The notes beneath the pieces were generated by a model. It searched no databases. It was not told where the DNA came from and saw nothing but the letters and a program-made list of their open reading frames with translations. Of a stretch of DNA of 64,000 bases, positions 61,261 to 64,000 are shown piece after piece. The stretch is from an uncultured Desulfosarcina sp. (GTDB taxonomy: Bacteria; Desulfobacterota; Desulfobacteria; Desulfobacterales; Desulfosarcinaceae): positions 2,080,001 to 2,144,000 of the forward strand of contig CAXXWQ010000004.1 of the NCBI GenBank assembly GCA_963674945.2. The letters are read 5' to 3'. Numbering within the stretch: the first letter of the stretch is position 1; each line of letters begins with the position of its first letter. The translations under genes were made by a program, and so were the position numbers.

Positions 61261-61807
61261 ATTGGGGAAATTATGTAAATCCTTCATTGTTGCCGATTTG
61301 GATGAGAAGAACTCCTCTTGGAAAACGAACGAACATGAAGTAGTAATCTGAAATTAAACTTCAGTCACGAGATGAACTTTGGTTATTGTCTGAATTCAAC
61401 TCACGAGATGAACCTTGGCCAAAAGATTCCCTGCATTGTATTCATCTCAAAATTTCTTCCAACACCCGAACGCGACCTTCCGGATTTACTCATGACGGCC
61501 GTATCTCTCTGGTGGTGCAACACCGATATCCACGTTCTTCAATGGTGGTCAGAATGCTGACGCGAACCCGGGCATGCACATATGATCCAGACAATGTTGT
61601 TTGATGGCTATTGCTATTTCGGATGGAGCGCCAAACGCTGCGATGTGGTCATCGATGGTGTAACTCAGAACGCACTCATGTTGTTTCCCATCGGGAAACC
61701 GCCGTCCTGGCACACATGTGCACAATATCGGTTTTGCACTCATCGCTGAGGAAAGGTTGATAATCAGTATCCATTGTAGTAACAGTACAAAAATGACGAA
61801 TAACAAC

Positions 61808-62758
61808 ATGGATTCATCAAATACAGAACTGGATCAACTCGATCTCAAGCTTATTGAGGAGCTGGAAATCGATGCCAGGCAAACGAGTCGTGATCTCGGC
61901 AAGAAGTTGGGGGTGAGCGCAACAACCATTTCCAACAGAATGCGGAAAATGGTCGAGAACGAGGTAATCGATTTTGCAGTGGTAACGAGCCCTTCGGCCA
62001 TTGGGCTACGGGTTGAAACGCTTTGGCGGCTGAAGATCACGCCTGGTAAATCGGCCGATGTTGTCGATTATTTTAAAGGTCTTCGCAATGTTCGAAACCT
62101 GGGCCGGTACACAGGCCGCTATGATGTGTTGCTGTACACCCTTTTCCAGGATAATGAGGAACTGCTCCATTGGATGATCGAACAGCTCAGCAACGTGGAA
62201 GATGTGTTGGTTGCTGAACAAATGACCGTGATCAAAATCACTAAACATTCATCCAAATATTTGCACGCCGAAACCAACCTGTCGTATCAAAACGTCTATC
62301 CGCAGTTTGATGAAAGTGATACCAAACTGATCAAAGAACTTGAATTGGAACCGAGAGATACTTACGACAGTCTGGGAAAGAAAGCCGGGGTAAGCAGACA
62401 ACTGGCGGCAAGAAGACTGAAGAAGTTTATGGACGATGGCGTTGTAAGGGTATTTAGCGTCATCGATCCGCTGATGCTGGGATATTCCGTATGTGCCCAT
62501 ATTTTCATTAAAGTGCGTTTTAACAGAATTATGCCCACGACGAACATCTTGTCCGGCCATCCGAAGGTTAAATATGTAAGCATAATCGGCGGGACCAGCA
62601 ATATAATGATCTACGCGGCTTTTCGTGATATTGATGAAATGTCCCGCTTTCTGACAGATGAATTGGGCAAAATTCCAGGCATCCTCGATCATGAGACCAT
62701 GATACAGGTGGGAAAAGCGCACAGCTTTTATCACTTCATGAACTGGTGTTGTAAGTGA
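61808..62758 (+). CDS. Tandem (double) Lrp/AsnC-family regulator
   Basis: Two HTH+RAM units: LDQLDLKLIEELEIDAR and FDESDTKLIKELELEPR. Confidence 0.88.
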   Translation: MDSSNTELDQLDLKLIEELEIDARQTSRDLGKKLGVSATTISNRMRKMVENEVIDFAVVTSPSAIGLRVETLWRLKITPGKSADVVDYFKGLRNVRNLGRYTGRYDVLLYTLFQDNEELLHWMIEQLSNVEDVLVAEQMTVIKITKHSSKYLHAETNLSYQNVYPQFDESDTKLIKELELEPRDTYDSLGKKAGVSRQLAARRLKKFMDDGVVRVFSVIDPLMLGYSVCAHIFIKVRFNRIMPTTNILSGHPKVKYVSIIGGTSNIMIYAAFRDIDEMSRFLTDELGKIPGILDHETMIQVGKAHSFYHFMNWCCK

Positions 62759-62807
62759 TACGATCCTTTCATTTCCCTACCGATCAGAAAAATTCAGCGC
62801 AAGATCT

Positions 62808-64000
<1,193 letters not shown>

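Overview
Chromosomal window from what looks like a sulfate-reducing deltaproteobacterium (Desulfobacterales-like; inferred from gene content only). Bases ~1.5-30 kb form an iron/metal-acquisition region: feoAB with periplasmic accessory proteins, a P1B ATPase, flavodoxin, a MarR-MMPL-LolA-like-OMP module, an orphan Cys-rich binding protein, a DUF2325-like protein with a small Cys-rich partner, a TonB-dependent receptor with a lipoprotein, a Vibrio TonB2-like ttpB-ttpC-exbB-exbD-tonB-ttpD operon and an LbtU-like porin. The main finding is a structured leader element present six times in this region, each time in sense orientation in front of an iron-related gene set. Its form is CTTACG, a 26-30 nt variable hairpin, AGTGAAGGCG, then an intrinsic-terminator hairpin and U-tract. 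It is a candidate undescribed riboswitch or protein-dependent antitermination system, and most copies also have a DtxR-like TTAGR-N4-YCTAA box upstream. Other findings: a MITE inserted in frame into tonB, two copies of another MITE, and a 64-bp-period AT-rich array beside a tandem Lrp regulator. The rest of the window holds a sigma-54 two-component/archaemetzincin/GcvH-like module, a glucosylglycerate-type solute cluster, a liv ABC transporter, a secreted metalloprotease, lsrF plus a Zn-dependent dehydrogenase, a DUF1329 gene and part of a malic enzyme. No database searches were run.
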